A stretch of DNA of 51,365 nucleotides from contig JAZROO010000038.1 in NCBI GenBank assembly GCA_045648705.1, forward strand, positions 1 to 51,365, read 5' to 3'. Each line of letters starts with the position of its first letter. Within the stretch, counting starts at the first letter, position 1. Of this stretch, positions 13,486 through 21,953 are shown piece by piece. The notes below the pieces were generated by a model. That model was not told where the DNA came from. It did not search any database and saw nothing but the letters and a program-made list of their open reading frames with translations. Position numbers and translations under genes: made by a program. The DNA is from Eubacteriales bacterium. Its GTDB lineage: Bacteria > Bacillota > Clostridia > Oscillospirales > QAKW01.

Positions 13486-13866
13486 TTACTCAGCGGCTTT
13501 TTCAGCAGCGCCGATGGTATATTCTTCAACTACCTTGTTATTGACCAGATGCTCCAAAACAACTTTGGAAACCTTCTCAGGAGTCATTTTAACATAGGTT
13601 GTCTTTTTACTGCCTTCCATTACTTCTACAACGGGCTCATAACGGCAGATGCCGATACAGCCTGTTTGTGTTACCATAACGTTATTAAGGTTTTTGGCCT
13701 GTACTTCCTCTAAGAACTTATTCAGGACAGGACGAGCGCCTGCGGCAATACCGCAAGTTGCCATACCGACAACAACGCGGGTAGCGCTTCCTTCATCATA
13801 CTCACGCAGTATGACTTTTTCTGCCATCTTGGCTTTGATTGCCTGCAATTCTGCTAAGCTTTTCAT
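13486..13866 (-). CDS. Thioredoxin-like [2Fe-2S] ferredoxin subunit (HydD/HndB)
   Basis: VVVGMATCGIAAGA ... TGCIGICRYEP; position in operon. Confidence 0.9.
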   Translation of the reverse strand: MKSLAELQAIKAKMAEKVILREYDEGSATRVVVGMATCGIAAGARPVLNKFLEEVQAKNLNNVMVTQTGCIGICRYEPVVEVMEGSKKTTYVKMTPEKVSKVVLEHLVNNKVVEEYTIGAAEKAAE

Positions 13867-14420
13867 TATAGGTTGCCTCCCTTGATATTTTCTAAATTTT
13901 CTTTAACATATTCACGTATCCACCCCAGTATTTCAGGTGTGGACAAGGGGATCTCCTCCCCCAAAGTATTCCGGATTTCCAGCGTATCCATCACAAACGT
14001 ACCTTCATCGGTCTGATGAGTGTAGACATAACGAATGGAGTCATCCGCGCTGATGAGCGTTACCATCGTTTCCGCCATATCTCCAAGCGGCATACGGTCC
14101 AGATGACTAAGACGGAAAGAAGCAGACACTTTTGTTCCCTTACCAAGTTCAGAGGTAATGGAAAAACTACCGTCGCAACTTTCTGCCGCCATTTTAAGCA
14201 GCGGAATACCAAGTCCCACCTTGCGCGTTGTGCGCGTAGTGGTAAAAGGATCACTCACCCGCTTTAGAAACTCCGGTGCCATACCACAGCCATCGTCGGT
14301 GATGGAAAGTTCCATAATATCTTTGGAAATGCTTTCTGCCACCCAAATGTCGATACGCTCGGCTTTGGCTTTGATGGAATTACCCACCACATCCAGAATG
14401 TTCAGCGAAATCTCTTTCAT
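13866..14420 (-). CDS. Stand-alone HATPase_c (histidine-kinase-like ATPase) of the hydrogenase cluster
   Basis: N-box (GNSIKAKA), DDGCGM, DPFTTTRTTRKVGLGIPL, GKGT; no HisKA or sensor domain. Confidence 0.88.
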   Translation of the reverse strand: MKEISLNILDVVGNSIKAKAERIDIWVAESISKDIMELSITDDGCGMAPEFLKRVSDPFTTTRTTRKVGLGIPLLKMAAESCDGSFSITSELGKGTKVSASFRLSHLDRMPLGDMAETMVTLISADDSIRYVYTHQTDEGTFVMDTLEIRNTLGEEIPLSTPEILGWIREYVKENLENIKGGNL

Positions 14421-14426
14421 AGAGAT

Positions 14427-14921
14427 TTAGTCCATGTATTTTTTCAGAATATCGGGAATTTGATCTACTGTCAGTCTGCCGTAAACATCGTCATTAACGG
14501 TCAGAACAGGAGCCAAACCGCAAGCACCGATACAACGGGTTGCTTCCAAAGAAAACTTGCCATCAGGTGTGCAACCGCCGACTTCGAGATTCAAAATCTC
14601 TTTCACTTTGTCAATCAAATCGCCTGCGCCTTTAACGTAGCAAGCCGTGCCTAAGCATACGCCGATTTTGTACTCACCCTTGGGTACCAGAGAAAACTGA
14701 GCATAGAATGTGGCAACACCGTAGATATGTGCCATAGAAATGTTCAGTTGTTCGGAGATGATGGTCATTACCTCATAGGGCAGATAACCGTAAATCTCCT
14801 GCGCGCCTTGCAAAACGGGCATCAATGCGCCTTGCTGGTCCTTGTGCTCAGCAATCATGGCGTACAGGCGCTCTTCTTGCTCCTTGGTTCCTTTAAAAGG
14901 AATGGTGCATCTTGTACTCAT
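14427..14921 (-). CDS. hydC: NuoE-like [2Fe-2S] hydrogenase subunit (HydC/HndA)
   Basis: GVATFY, CLGTACYVKG, RCIGACGLAP; RBS AGGAGG. Confidence 0.94.
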   Translation of the reverse strand: MSTRCTIPFKGTKEQEERLYAMIAEHKDQQGALMPVLQGAQEIYGYLPYEVMTIISEQLNISMAHIYGVATFYAQFSLVPKGEYKIGVCLGTACYVKGAGDLIDKVKEILNLEVGGCTPDGKFSLEATRCIGACGLAPVLTVNDDVYGRLTVDQIPDILKKYMD

Positions 14922-14999
14922 AACATGTCCTCCTAATAAAAATAATCACGCAAAATATGCTTTTTGACATAAAATGCTGATAAATATTACTAATATATA

Positions 15000-15028
15000 A
15001 ATATAGCATATTCTTTAGCAAATTTCTA
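15000..15028 (-). promoter_or_regulatory. Putative internal promoter of hydC..hydA with an overlapping Rex-like box
   Basis: TAGAAA-17 nt-TATATT with extended TG; TTGCTAAAGAATATGCTA (15004-15021) partly matches the clostridial Rex palindrome TTGTTAA-N4-TTAACAA. Confidence 0.4.
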
Positions 15029-15059
15029 CTGTTTTTGCAAAAAATACTTAAAATTCCGC

Positions 15060-15788
15060 TTATTTTTTGTATTGACTCAATAGAAAGTCCCAAACCGTCT
15101 TCTTTTTTGCATCTTGGAGTTCAAAAAAGTTTTTGCCGCGCGCCTCGCCCACATCACCAAGATAATGAGAATCGGTATCATACAAAAACAGGCAATCTGA
15201 AATTTCGGGATGACTGTCAATAAAGTCGTCGGGTGCATTTTGCGAAAGTTCAAAAATGCGATATCCCATCGATACGTCAATATATCCAAACACCGAAAGC
15301 ATACTATTACTTTGTTTATCAATATGCGCCGGTATGGCAATGCCGCCGTAAGTCTGCAATAAAGAGGGCAAATCATCTATGCTGATTGAGGTCGCATTAA
15401 TAAGATATCTGCTGTCCCCCCCAATAATTTGGTCCTGTTCATCCATCAACAGTTGCCTTCCGAAAATATCGATTCTGTTTTGCACGTCGGGAAGCGCAGG
15501 CGCTACGACCTGCTCGTCAAATTTTCTGGCATTTTCAAGTTCATCAAACAGACACAAAACGTGAATTTCCTCTGCCGTTTCCAACTCCATTGCCGCAAAC
15601 GCGGTAATACCCACCGACTCTGCCACTTTTAAAACAGCTGCAGCATTACCGGTGGTATTATGATCGGAAATGGCAATCACGTCCAGTCCGCTGAGTTTTG
15701 CCATATTCACGATGTTGTTCGGCGTCATATCTTCATCTCCGCAAGGAGACAAGCAGGAATGAAGATGCAAATCATAGTAAATCTTCAC
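15060..15788 (-). CDS. PHP-family phosphoesterase
   Basis: DLHLHSCLSPC, AISDHN, EEIHVL, PAHID, DTDSHY. Confidence 0.9.
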   Translation of the reverse strand: MKIYYDLHLHSCLSPCGDEDMTPNNIVNMAKLSGLDVIAISDHNTTGNAAAVLKVAESVGITAFAAMELETAEEIHVLCLFDELENARKFDEQVVAPALPDVQNRIDIFGRQLLMDEQDQIIGGDSRYLINATSISIDDLPSLLQTYGGIAIPAHIDKQSNSMLSVFGYIDVSMGYRIFELSQNAPDDFIDSHPEISDCLFLYDTDSHYLGDVGEARGKNFFELQDAKKKTVWDFLLSQYKK

Positions 15789-16114
15789 AGTACTTTACCG
15801 ATAGCAAGGCAAGTTTCATATGTAGGGAGATTGCTCGAAAGAATACTGATACCCTGTTCTTTTGCCCGCGTAAGCGCATTTTCGTCAGGTACAGTTCCCT
15901 CACTCAGCACCACACACGGAAGATCAGCCATCAGTGCCACGGCAATGACATTGACGTTGGTCATCACCGTCACCAATGCATCCCCTTGCTCCGCTCTGCC
16001 GATTACCCAAGAAAGCAAATCACAAGCATAAGCGCCCGAAACGGCCGCATTTTCATCTGCGATATAAAGCGGTGCAAAACCGCAGGATTTTGCAAGCTGT
16101 GAAACCGTCATCAT
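15785..16114 (-). CDS. DRTGG-domain protein
   Basis: GAYACDLLSWV..., typical of hydrogenase-cluster DRTGG proteins; start could be 16114 or 16120. Confidence 0.8.
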   Translation of the reverse strand: MMTVSQLAKSCGFAPLYIADENAAVSGAYACDLLSWVIGRAEQGDALVTVMTNVNVIAVALMADLPCVVLSEGTVPDENALTRAKEQGISILSSNLPTYETCLAIGKVL

Positions 16115-16120
16115 ACTCAC

Positions 16121-17392
16121 CTACTCCGTAATATTCTCCATCAATTTTTTCAAGCGGTCACGCATAACAAACACGCAGTCTGCCTCTTTGGCGTGACCTG
16201 CCACAACGTCTTCTGCAAAAGCGTGGCACGAGGGAGAGCCGCAAGCCGCGCAATCAATGCCCGGCAATATTGTTTCGATACGCTGTATTTCTTTCATCTT
16301 TTCCATAGCGCGTGTCAGATCAGTATCGAGTTTCATTGCCTGATTGCCGTCTTCTTTTTCATCCCAATCAAAACTGTTTTCATCCACGCCAAAATCCGAA
16401 AGCCGCGTTGCCGACACCGGCAAATATTTGCGCAATCTACGAATTCTTGTGATAGCAACAAAGGGATTTTCGATGGCCAGACAACCGCCCACACACCCTG
16501 CGTGACAAGCGCTGAGCTCCACGAAATCAAGATCGGTCAATTTTTCATCTTCAATGTTTTCCAAAACGGAAATAACGTTGCCGATCGCATCTGCCGCAAG
16601 ATATTTGGAACGAAGCAAAGCGGTAGCTTCTCCGCCGGTGTAAGCCCAAGAAATGCCGGTCAGCCCACAACTATGCAGCGTCGGCGGTTCACTTTTTATA
16701 CGATTCATTGCCGACAACAACGGTTTATAAATATCGCTGATAGCAAGTACACCGTCAATGGTAATTTGCCTGGTACCGATGGGCACGTTTGCCGCGGTCA
16801 CCTTGGCAGGACAAGGAGAAATAAAGAACACTCCGATTTCCTCGGGAGCAAGACCGTACTTCTCCACTGCTTGTTTGCGCGCCAATTTTGCCGCCACTTC
16901 TACGGGTGCATTAATTTCCAACAAGTGATTCATCAGTTTGGGAAAGCGCACTTTAATCAAGCGTACTACTGCGGGACACGCGGTGGAAATAATCGGCTTC
17001 GGTCCGTCGTAAGACTGCATTTTTTTACGGCTGATTTCACTGACAAGTTCCGCCGCCTTTGCAACCTCAAACACTTCATTAAACCCGAGATCCAAAAGAC
17101 CCGCCAATATGTAGTCCACGTTATCAAGATTGTTAAACTGCCCATAGAGTGCCGGGGCAGGAATCGCAATGGTATGCTTATATTTTTTTAAATCTTGCAG
17201 ATGGTCATACACCGCCCGTTTGGCATGGTGCGGACAGACGCGGATACATTCTCCGCAATCAATGCACCGCTCCGCAATAATATGAGCCTTTCCGTGCTTA
17301 ACACGGATCGCCTCAGTCGGACAATGCTTTACACAGTTAATGCAGCCTTTACATTTATTTTCATCCAAAGTAACAGAATGGAAATATTGCAT
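16121..17392 (-). CDS. Putative sensory/regulatory [FeFe]-hydrogenase (group C/D, HydS-like, no PAS domain)
   Basis: N-terminal 2x4Fe-4S; variant H-cluster motifs ISTACPAV, FISPCPAK, ELSACHAGCVGG; C-terminal LPGIDCAACGSPSC Fe-S motif. Confidence 0.85.
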   Translation of the reverse strand: MQYFHSVTLDENKCKGCINCVKHCPTEAIRVKHGKAHIIAERCIDCGECIRVCPHHAKRAVYDHLQDLKKYKHTIAIPAPALYGQFNNLDNVDYILAGLLDLGFNEVFEVAKAAELVSEISRKKMQSYDGPKPIISTACPAVVRLIKVRFPKLMNHLLEINAPVEVAAKLARKQAVEKYGLAPEEIGVFFISPCPAKVTAANVPIGTRQITIDGVLAISDIYKPLLSAMNRIKSEPPTLHSCGLTGISWAYTGGEATALLRSKYLAADAIGNVISVLENIEDEKLTDLDFVELSACHAGCVGGCLAIENPFVAITRIRRLRKYLPVSATRLSDFGVDENSFDWDEKEDGNQAMKLDTDLTRAMEKMKEIQRIETILPGIDCAACGSPSCHAFAEDVVAGHAKEADCVFVMRDRLKKLMENITE

Positions 17393-17408
17393 TTTGCATT
17401 TTCACCCC

Positions 17409-17828
17409 TTAACAGTTAATGGTGATTTTTAATGTTGTACCAACACCCAGTTGGGTTTCAATCTCCAAATTGTCAGAATATTTTTTAATGTTGGGCAGCC
17501 CCATTCCTGCGCCAAATCCAAGAGAGCGCACATCATCGGGCGCGGTGGAATACCCTTCCGTCATCGCAAGGTCGATATTCTCAATACCGGGGCCGCGATC
17601 TGCCATGGTTACGCAGATTTTTTCAGGTGTGATTTCCACATCGGCCGTGCCGCCCTGCGCATGAATCACCATATTGATTTCCGCCTCATACATTGCTATG
17701 GCAACCCGTTGCACAATTTGCGTGGGAAATCCCAGTTTCTTCAAAGTGGTTTTAACGGAAGCCGACGCCTCTCCGGCAGAGATAAAATCATCACCGTCTA
17801 CCACGTAAGAAAGTTTGATCGGTTCCAT
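17409..17828 (-). CDS. Anti-sigma-factor-type Ser/Thr kinase (RsbT/RsbW-like HATPase)
   Basis: AIAMYEAEINMVIHA, DRGPGIENIDLAMTEGYSTA, GFGAGMGLPN; start MEPIK after GAGGAG. Confidence 0.88.
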   Translation of the reverse strand: MEPIKLSYVVDGDDFISAGEASASVKTTLKKLGFPTQIVQRVAIAMYEAEINMVIHAQGGTADVEITPEKICVTMADRGPGIENIDLAMTEGYSTAPDDVRSLGFGAGMGLPNIKKYSDNLEIETQLGVGTTLKITINC

Positions 17829-17829
17829 A

Positions 17830-18186
17830 TTACTCCTCACACTCGCTTTCCGAGCGCAAGCCGTTCATATATAATTTGCCGCAAGCGGGATACATACGTT
17901 CCTCGGTGGTCATCAAAACCATTCCGTTTTGTTCTCCAAGCGCAATGGTATTCTGATCCGGCATCTTTCCTCTGACAAAAATGATGCACTTCATATCCAT
18001 CATAATTGCAGTGCGCACCGTTTGCAGATTTAAAAGCCCTGTGAGCAATACTGCCTGATCCTCTACGAATGCAAGTACGTCACTCATCATATCTGACCCG
18101 AAAGCAGAGGAAACCTCCGTTTCCAACTTGTCCTGCCCACAATGTACCTTGGCATTCAGCAATGTTTGAATTTCACTGATTTTCAC
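17830..18186 (-). CDS. DRTGG-domain protein
   Basis: AFGSDMMSDVLAF...LLTGL...IIFVRGK; GTG start after AAGGAG. Confidence 0.82.
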   Translation of the reverse strand: MKISEIQTLLNAKVHCGQDKLETEVSSAFGSDMMSDVLAFVEDQAVLLTGLLNLQTVRTAIMMDMKCIIFVRGKMPDQNTIALGEQNGMVLMTTEERMYPACGKLYMNGLRSESECEE

Positions 18187-18228
18187 GGCAATTCTCCTTT
18201 TATTTGTAATGGGGTTTAGATTAATTTT

Positions 18229-18257
18229 AGTATAGCATATAATAATTGAAGTTTCAA
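18229..18257 (-). promoter_or_regulatory. sigma-A promoter of the hydrogenase regulatory operon
   Basis: TTGAAA-17 nt-TATACT with extended TG. Confidence 0.65.
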
Positions 18258-18277
18258 CAATTTATTGCGCTAAATTA

Positions 18278-18306
18278 TTGACATCACGGAAAAATGTGTC
18301 TATAAT
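18278..18306 (+). promoter_or_regulatory. sigma-A promoter of serC-serA
   Basis: TTGACA-17 nt-TATAAT. Confidence 0.8.
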
Positions 18307-18340
18307 AATATTAATATTTTTTAAAGAAAGGTGAACGAGA

Positions 18341-19420
18341 ATGAGAGTTTACAATTTTTCAGCCGGTCCTTCTATGTTGCCGGAAGCTGTATTGAAAAAG
18401 GCACAAAGTGAGATGCTTTGTCACGGAAATAGCGGTCAATCCGTTATGGAAATGAGCCATCGATCTAAAGAGTACGGTGCCATCATTCAGTCTGCTGAAG
18501 CTCGTCTGCGCAAAGTAATGAACATTCCTGATAACTATAAGGTACTGTTCCTGCAGGGTGGTGCTCCCAGCCAGTTCGCCATGGTTCCCCTCAATCTGAT
18601 GACCAAAAATAAAAAGGCCGATTATGTACTGACGGGCGCTTGGGCGAAGAAAGCCTACAAAGAAGGCTGCCGTTACGGCGAATGCCGCGTGGTTGCTTCC
18701 TCTGAGGACAAAACCTTCAGTTACATACCTTCATTGGATGCCTCTACCTTTGACAAAGATGCCGACTATTTTCACATTTGTATGAACAACACCATTTACG
18801 GCACGAAGTTTGCTTCTCTGCCCGAAACCGGTGATGTTCCGTTGATTGCAGATATGTCTTCTTGCATTCTGTCCGAGCCTGTAGACGTTTCCAAATTCGG
18901 CATGATCTATGCCGGTGCTCAAAAGAATATGGCTCCTGCAGGACTTACGGTCGTTATCATCCGTGAAGACCTGATTGGTGAAGCACAGGATATCACTCCC
19001 ACCATGTTCCGCTACAGCACTCACGCTGAAAACGATTCTATGTTCAACACACCTCCCTGCTACTGCATCTACGTGCTTGACTTGGTGCTTGAATGGATCG
19101 AATCTTTGGGCGGTTTGGAAGAAATGAAGAAAATCAACGAAAAGAAAGCCGACCTGCTTTACGATTATCTTGATTCTTCCAAAATGTTTTCTGCTACCGT
19201 TGAGAAAGGCAGCCGTTCTTTGATGAACGTTCCCTTTGTTACAGGTGATGCTGATTTAGACAAAAAGTTTGTTGCCGAAGCCACTGCCGCAGGTTTTGTA
19301 AACCTCAAGGGACACCGTTCCGTTGGCGGTATGCGTGCCAGCATCTACAATGCAATGCCTGTTGAAGGCGTTGAAAAGCTCATCGATTTTATGAAGAAAT
19401 TTGAAGAGGAAAACGCATAA
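18341..19420 (+). CDS. serC: Phosphoserine aminotransferase
   Basis: YNFSAGPS, MEMSHRS, FLQGG, ADMSS, YAGAQKN (PLP lysine), FNTPP, KGHRSVGGMRASIYNA. Confidence 0.97.
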   Translation: MRVYNFSAGPSMLPEAVLKKAQSEMLCHGNSGQSVMEMSHRSKEYGAIIQSAEARLRKVMNIPDNYKVLFLQGGAPSQFAMVPLNLMTKNKKADYVLTGAWAKKAYKEGCRYGECRVVASSEDKTFSYIPSLDASTFDKDADYFHICMNNTIYGTKFASLPETGDVPLIADMSSCILSEPVDVSKFGMIYAGAQKNMAPAGLTVVIIREDLIGEAQDITPTMFRYSTHAENDSMFNTPPCYCIYVLDLVLEWIESLGGLEEMKKINEKKADLLYDYLDSSKMFSATVEKGSRSLMNVPFVTGDADLDKKFVAEATAAGFVNLKGHRSVGGMRASIYNAMPVEGVEKLIDFMKKFEEENA

Positions 19421-20568
19421 TGAATATTTTAACTTTAAATAAAATCTCCAAAATCGGCACCGATCTTTTGCCGAATAACTATATTGTCGGAGATGACGTT
19501 AAAAATCCCGACGGTATTTTGGTCCGCAGTGCCAATATGCACGAATATGAAACACCTGACAGTTTGCTTGCAATTGCCAGAGCAGGTGCCGGTGTCAACA
19601 ACATTCCCGTTGAAGCATGTGCCGAAAAAGGTATTGTTGTATTCAACACTCCCGGTGCCAATGCCAACGCCGTTAAAGAACTGGCAGTAGCCGCACTGCT
19701 GCTCGCCTCCCGTGATATCGTGGGCGGTATTGAGTGGGCAAAAGGCCTGACCGGTAACGACGTTGCAAAGCAAGTTGAAAAAGGCAAGAGCCAATTTGTA
19801 GGCCCCGAAATCATGGGCAAAAAACTCGGTGTAATCGGATTGGGTGCCATCGGTGTTCACGTTGCCAATGCAGGTATTGCTTTGGGCATGGAAGTTTATG
19901 GATATGACCCCTACCTTTCCATCCAATCCGCTTGGAGTTTGTCCCATCACGTTACCAAAGCAACGCTGAATGATATTTATGCCAACTGTGACTACATCAG
20001 CATTCACTGTCCGCTGGTTGATTCCACCAAAGAATTCATCAACAAGACCAGCATCGCTCTGATGAAAGACGGTGTGCGCATTCTCAACCTCGCCCGTGGC
20101 GCTTTGGTACATAATGCCGATATGGCGGCAGCCCTTGAAGAAGGCAAAGTTGCAAAATACGTAACCGACTTCCCCGATGCCGCAACGCTTGAAATGAAAA
20201 ATGCAGTTTGCATTCCCCATCTTGGCGCTTCCACTCCCGAGAGTGAAGACAATTGTGCCATTATGGCAGTAAAGCAAATGCGTGAGTATCTGGAAAACGG
20301 TAATATCATTAACTCCGTTAACTTCCCCGCTGTTGACATGCCGCGTACCGGCAAAGTCAGACTCTGCATTTTCCACAAAAACGTTCCTGCCATTCTTTCC
20401 AATATCTCCACACAGATTGCGGAAGAAAACATCAACATTGCCAATATGATCAACAAGTCCAAAGGCAACTACGCTTACACGGTAGTTGATTGTGACAATG
20501 ATGTTTCCGAAGAAAACATTAAAGACATTGAAGCTGTTGAAGGCATTATCCGCGTCAGAGCTCTGTAA
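19420..20568 (+). CDS. serA: D-3-phosphoglycerate dehydrogenase with C-terminal ACT domain
   Basis: ARAGAGVNNI, VFNTPGANANAV, GLGAIG, NLARG, PHLGAST; translationally coupled to serC. Confidence 0.93.
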   Translation: MNILTLNKISKIGTDLLPNNYIVGDDVKNPDGILVRSANMHEYETPDSLLAIARAGAGVNNIPVEACAEKGIVVFNTPGANANAVKELAVAALLLASRDIVGGIEWAKGLTGNDVAKQVEKGKSQFVGPEIMGKKLGVIGLGAIGVHVANAGIALGMEVYGYDPYLSIQSAWSLSHHVTKATLNDIYANCDYISIHCPLVDSTKEFINKTSIALMKDGVRILNLARGALVHNADMAAALEEGKVAKYVTDFPDAATLEMKNAVCIPHLGASTPESEDNCAIMAVKQMREYLENGNIINSVNFPAVDMPRTGKVRLCIFHKNVPAILSNISTQIAEENINIANMINKSKGNYAYTVVDCDNDVSEENIKDIEAVEGIIRVRAL

Positions 20569-20582
20569 AAACAATCTATTTC

Positions 20583-20623
20583 AAAGCACTCATCAAGGTT
20601 TTACTTTGATGAGTGCTTTTTTT
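20583..20623 (+). terminator. Intrinsic terminator after serA
   Basis: AAAGCACTCATCAA/TTGATGAGTGCTTT stem plus U-tract. Confidence 0.88.
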
Positions 20624-20671
20624 GCACCAAAACATCTTATTTATATATAATAGTAAGAGGGGGCGGACAAA

Positions 20672-21247
20672 ATGATTATTAAAAAAATATCGGAAGAATG
20701 TGTCAAAGTGCTCATTGAGGCGGATGACATCAACCGATATAACATTCCCTATTACAAGCTCAGCAGTACCGACGAGGAAAGCGTAGAATTTATCTATCGT
20801 CTGCTTTTTTTGATTTTTGAACAAACAGGCGTTTCTTTTTTGGAATCGGCAATCTCGGTGGAAGCCAGTCCTGCCTGCGGCGGCAATTTTTTTCTTACCA
20901 TCAGTCGCAAAGCCGAACAACAAGAGGGAATGTTTTTGCGCAAAGAAGGCGAAATTCAAAGTGATATGTTTTTGTTCAAACTGGAAAGACTCTCGGATCT
21001 CAAAAGTGTCAAAACCGTGCTGGAACAATATAGACGCTTCATTCCCGAAAGGTGCGCCCTTTACAAATTATTTGGTACTTATTATATTATCTTTGATTTT
21101 TCCGTTTCACAAACGCAAAACGAACACTTTGAAAAATTTTTAAGACAACTTAGTGAATATCTTTTGCCGCTGAAAGCCACTCCCGAAAACGAAGGCTATC
21201 TCTGCGAAAGAGGAAAACTCATCTGCCCTGCCCTGTTTTCAAATTAA
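20672..21247 (+). CDS. mecA: Adaptor protein MecA
   Basis: MIIKKISEECVKVLIEADD N-domain; C-domain FKLERLSDL, LYKLFGTYY, LSEY, LCERGKLI. Confidence 0.75.
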   Translation: MIIKKISEECVKVLIEADDINRYNIPYYKLSSTDEESVEFIYRLLFLIFEQTGVSFLESAISVEASPACGGNFFLTISRKAEQQEGMFLRKEGEIQSDMFLFKLERLSDLKSVKTVLEQYRRFIPERCALYKLFGTYYIIFDFSVSQTQNEHFEKFLRQLSEYLLPLKATPENEGYLCERGKLICPALFSN

Positions 21248-21248
21248 T

Positions 21249-21278
21249 GAATAAAAGCTCTTTTACTTGGCAATAATA
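21249..21278 (+). promoter_or_regulatory. Forespore sigma-F/G-type promoter
   Basis: GAATA-15 nt-GGCAATAATA fits the sigma-F consensus; lies upstream of the yuzA-like gene. Confidence 0.65.
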
Positions 21279-21308
21279 CAAGCAAAACCAATATAAAGGA
21301 GTGTACAC

Positions 21309-21521
21309 ATGAACAAACTGGCATTGGTACTGGTCATTATCGGTGCAATCAACTGGGGGCTTGTGGGCCTGTTCAGATTTGATCTGGTCGGCTTTATTTT
21401 CGGCGGAACAGATGCACTGATCAGTCGCATTATTTTTACCGTTGTCGGTCTTGCGGGACTGTGGGCAATTACTATTTTATTTCAAAAAATCGTCCCCCAT
21501 TCCCACGAAAGCATCGACTAA
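21309..21521 (+). CDS. DUF378 (YuzA-like) small membrane protein
   Basis: LVIIGAINWGLVGLFRFDLV...SRIIFTVVGLAGLW. Confidence 0.9.
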   Translation: MNKLALVLVIIGAINWGLVGLFRFDLVGFIFGGTDALISRIIFTVVGLAGLWAITILFQKIVPHSHESID

Positions 21522-21535
21522 GCGCCGCAAAAAGC

Positions 21536-21577
21536 TGTCATTTTGCGGAAAAAGCAATATTTTTCCGCAAAATGACA
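21536..21577. repeat. Perfect 18-bp inverted repeat
   Basis: TGTCATTTTGCGGAAAAA-GCAATA-TTTTTCCGCAAAATGACA. Confidence 0.9.
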
Positions 21578-21657
21578 CAAAATTATCAAAATTCTATTGA
21601 CATTATATATTTATTTTTAATATAATAAAGGTATTAAAAATAGGAGGTTTACATATT

Positions 21658-21879
21658 ATGGCAGAATTTACTTATGAAGTCAAAGAGAGCTTTGGCTCTT
21701 TAGTAGAAGGACCTAACGGTTGGGCTAAATCCTTAAAGCTGATCAGCTGGGCAGGCCGTGAGCCGAAGTACGATATCCGCGACTGGTCTCCGGACGGTAC
21801 TAAGATGAACAAAGGTCTCACCTTTACCAAAGAAGAAATTGCCGCACTTCGTGATCTGCTCAATTCCGTAGAACTGTAA
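21658..21879 (+). CDS. PC4/YdbC family ssDNA-binding protein
   Basis: GWAKSLKLISW...KYDIRDWSPD..KMNKGLT; TTGACA/TATAAT promoter and AGGAGG RBS upstream. Confidence 0.9.
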   Translation: MAEFTYEVKESFGSLVEGPNGWAKSLKLISWAGREPKYDIRDWSPDGTKMNKGLTFTKEEIAALRDLLNSVEL

Positions 21880-21903
21880 AAATCCTACCCGCATAAATTT
21901 AAC

Positions 21904-21937
21904 AAATGAGGGAAACGCGTGTTTCCCTCATTTTTTT
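21904..21937 (+). terminator. Intrinsic terminator after the ydbC-like gene
   Basis: AAATGAGGGAAAC-GCGT-GTTTCCCTCATTT plus U-tract. Confidence 0.8.
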
Positions 21938-21953
21938 GCAAGGAGAATTTGTT

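Noticed and set aside
18341-20568. serC-serA without serB
   Set aside because: Usual arrangement in Clostridia; the phosphatase is typically encoded elsewhere.
16193-20574. Long antisense ORFs 16193..17191 and 19435..20574, and similar ones over the GH, nagB and trmB genes
   Set aside because: They lie opposite well-supported genes and lack RBS and motifs.
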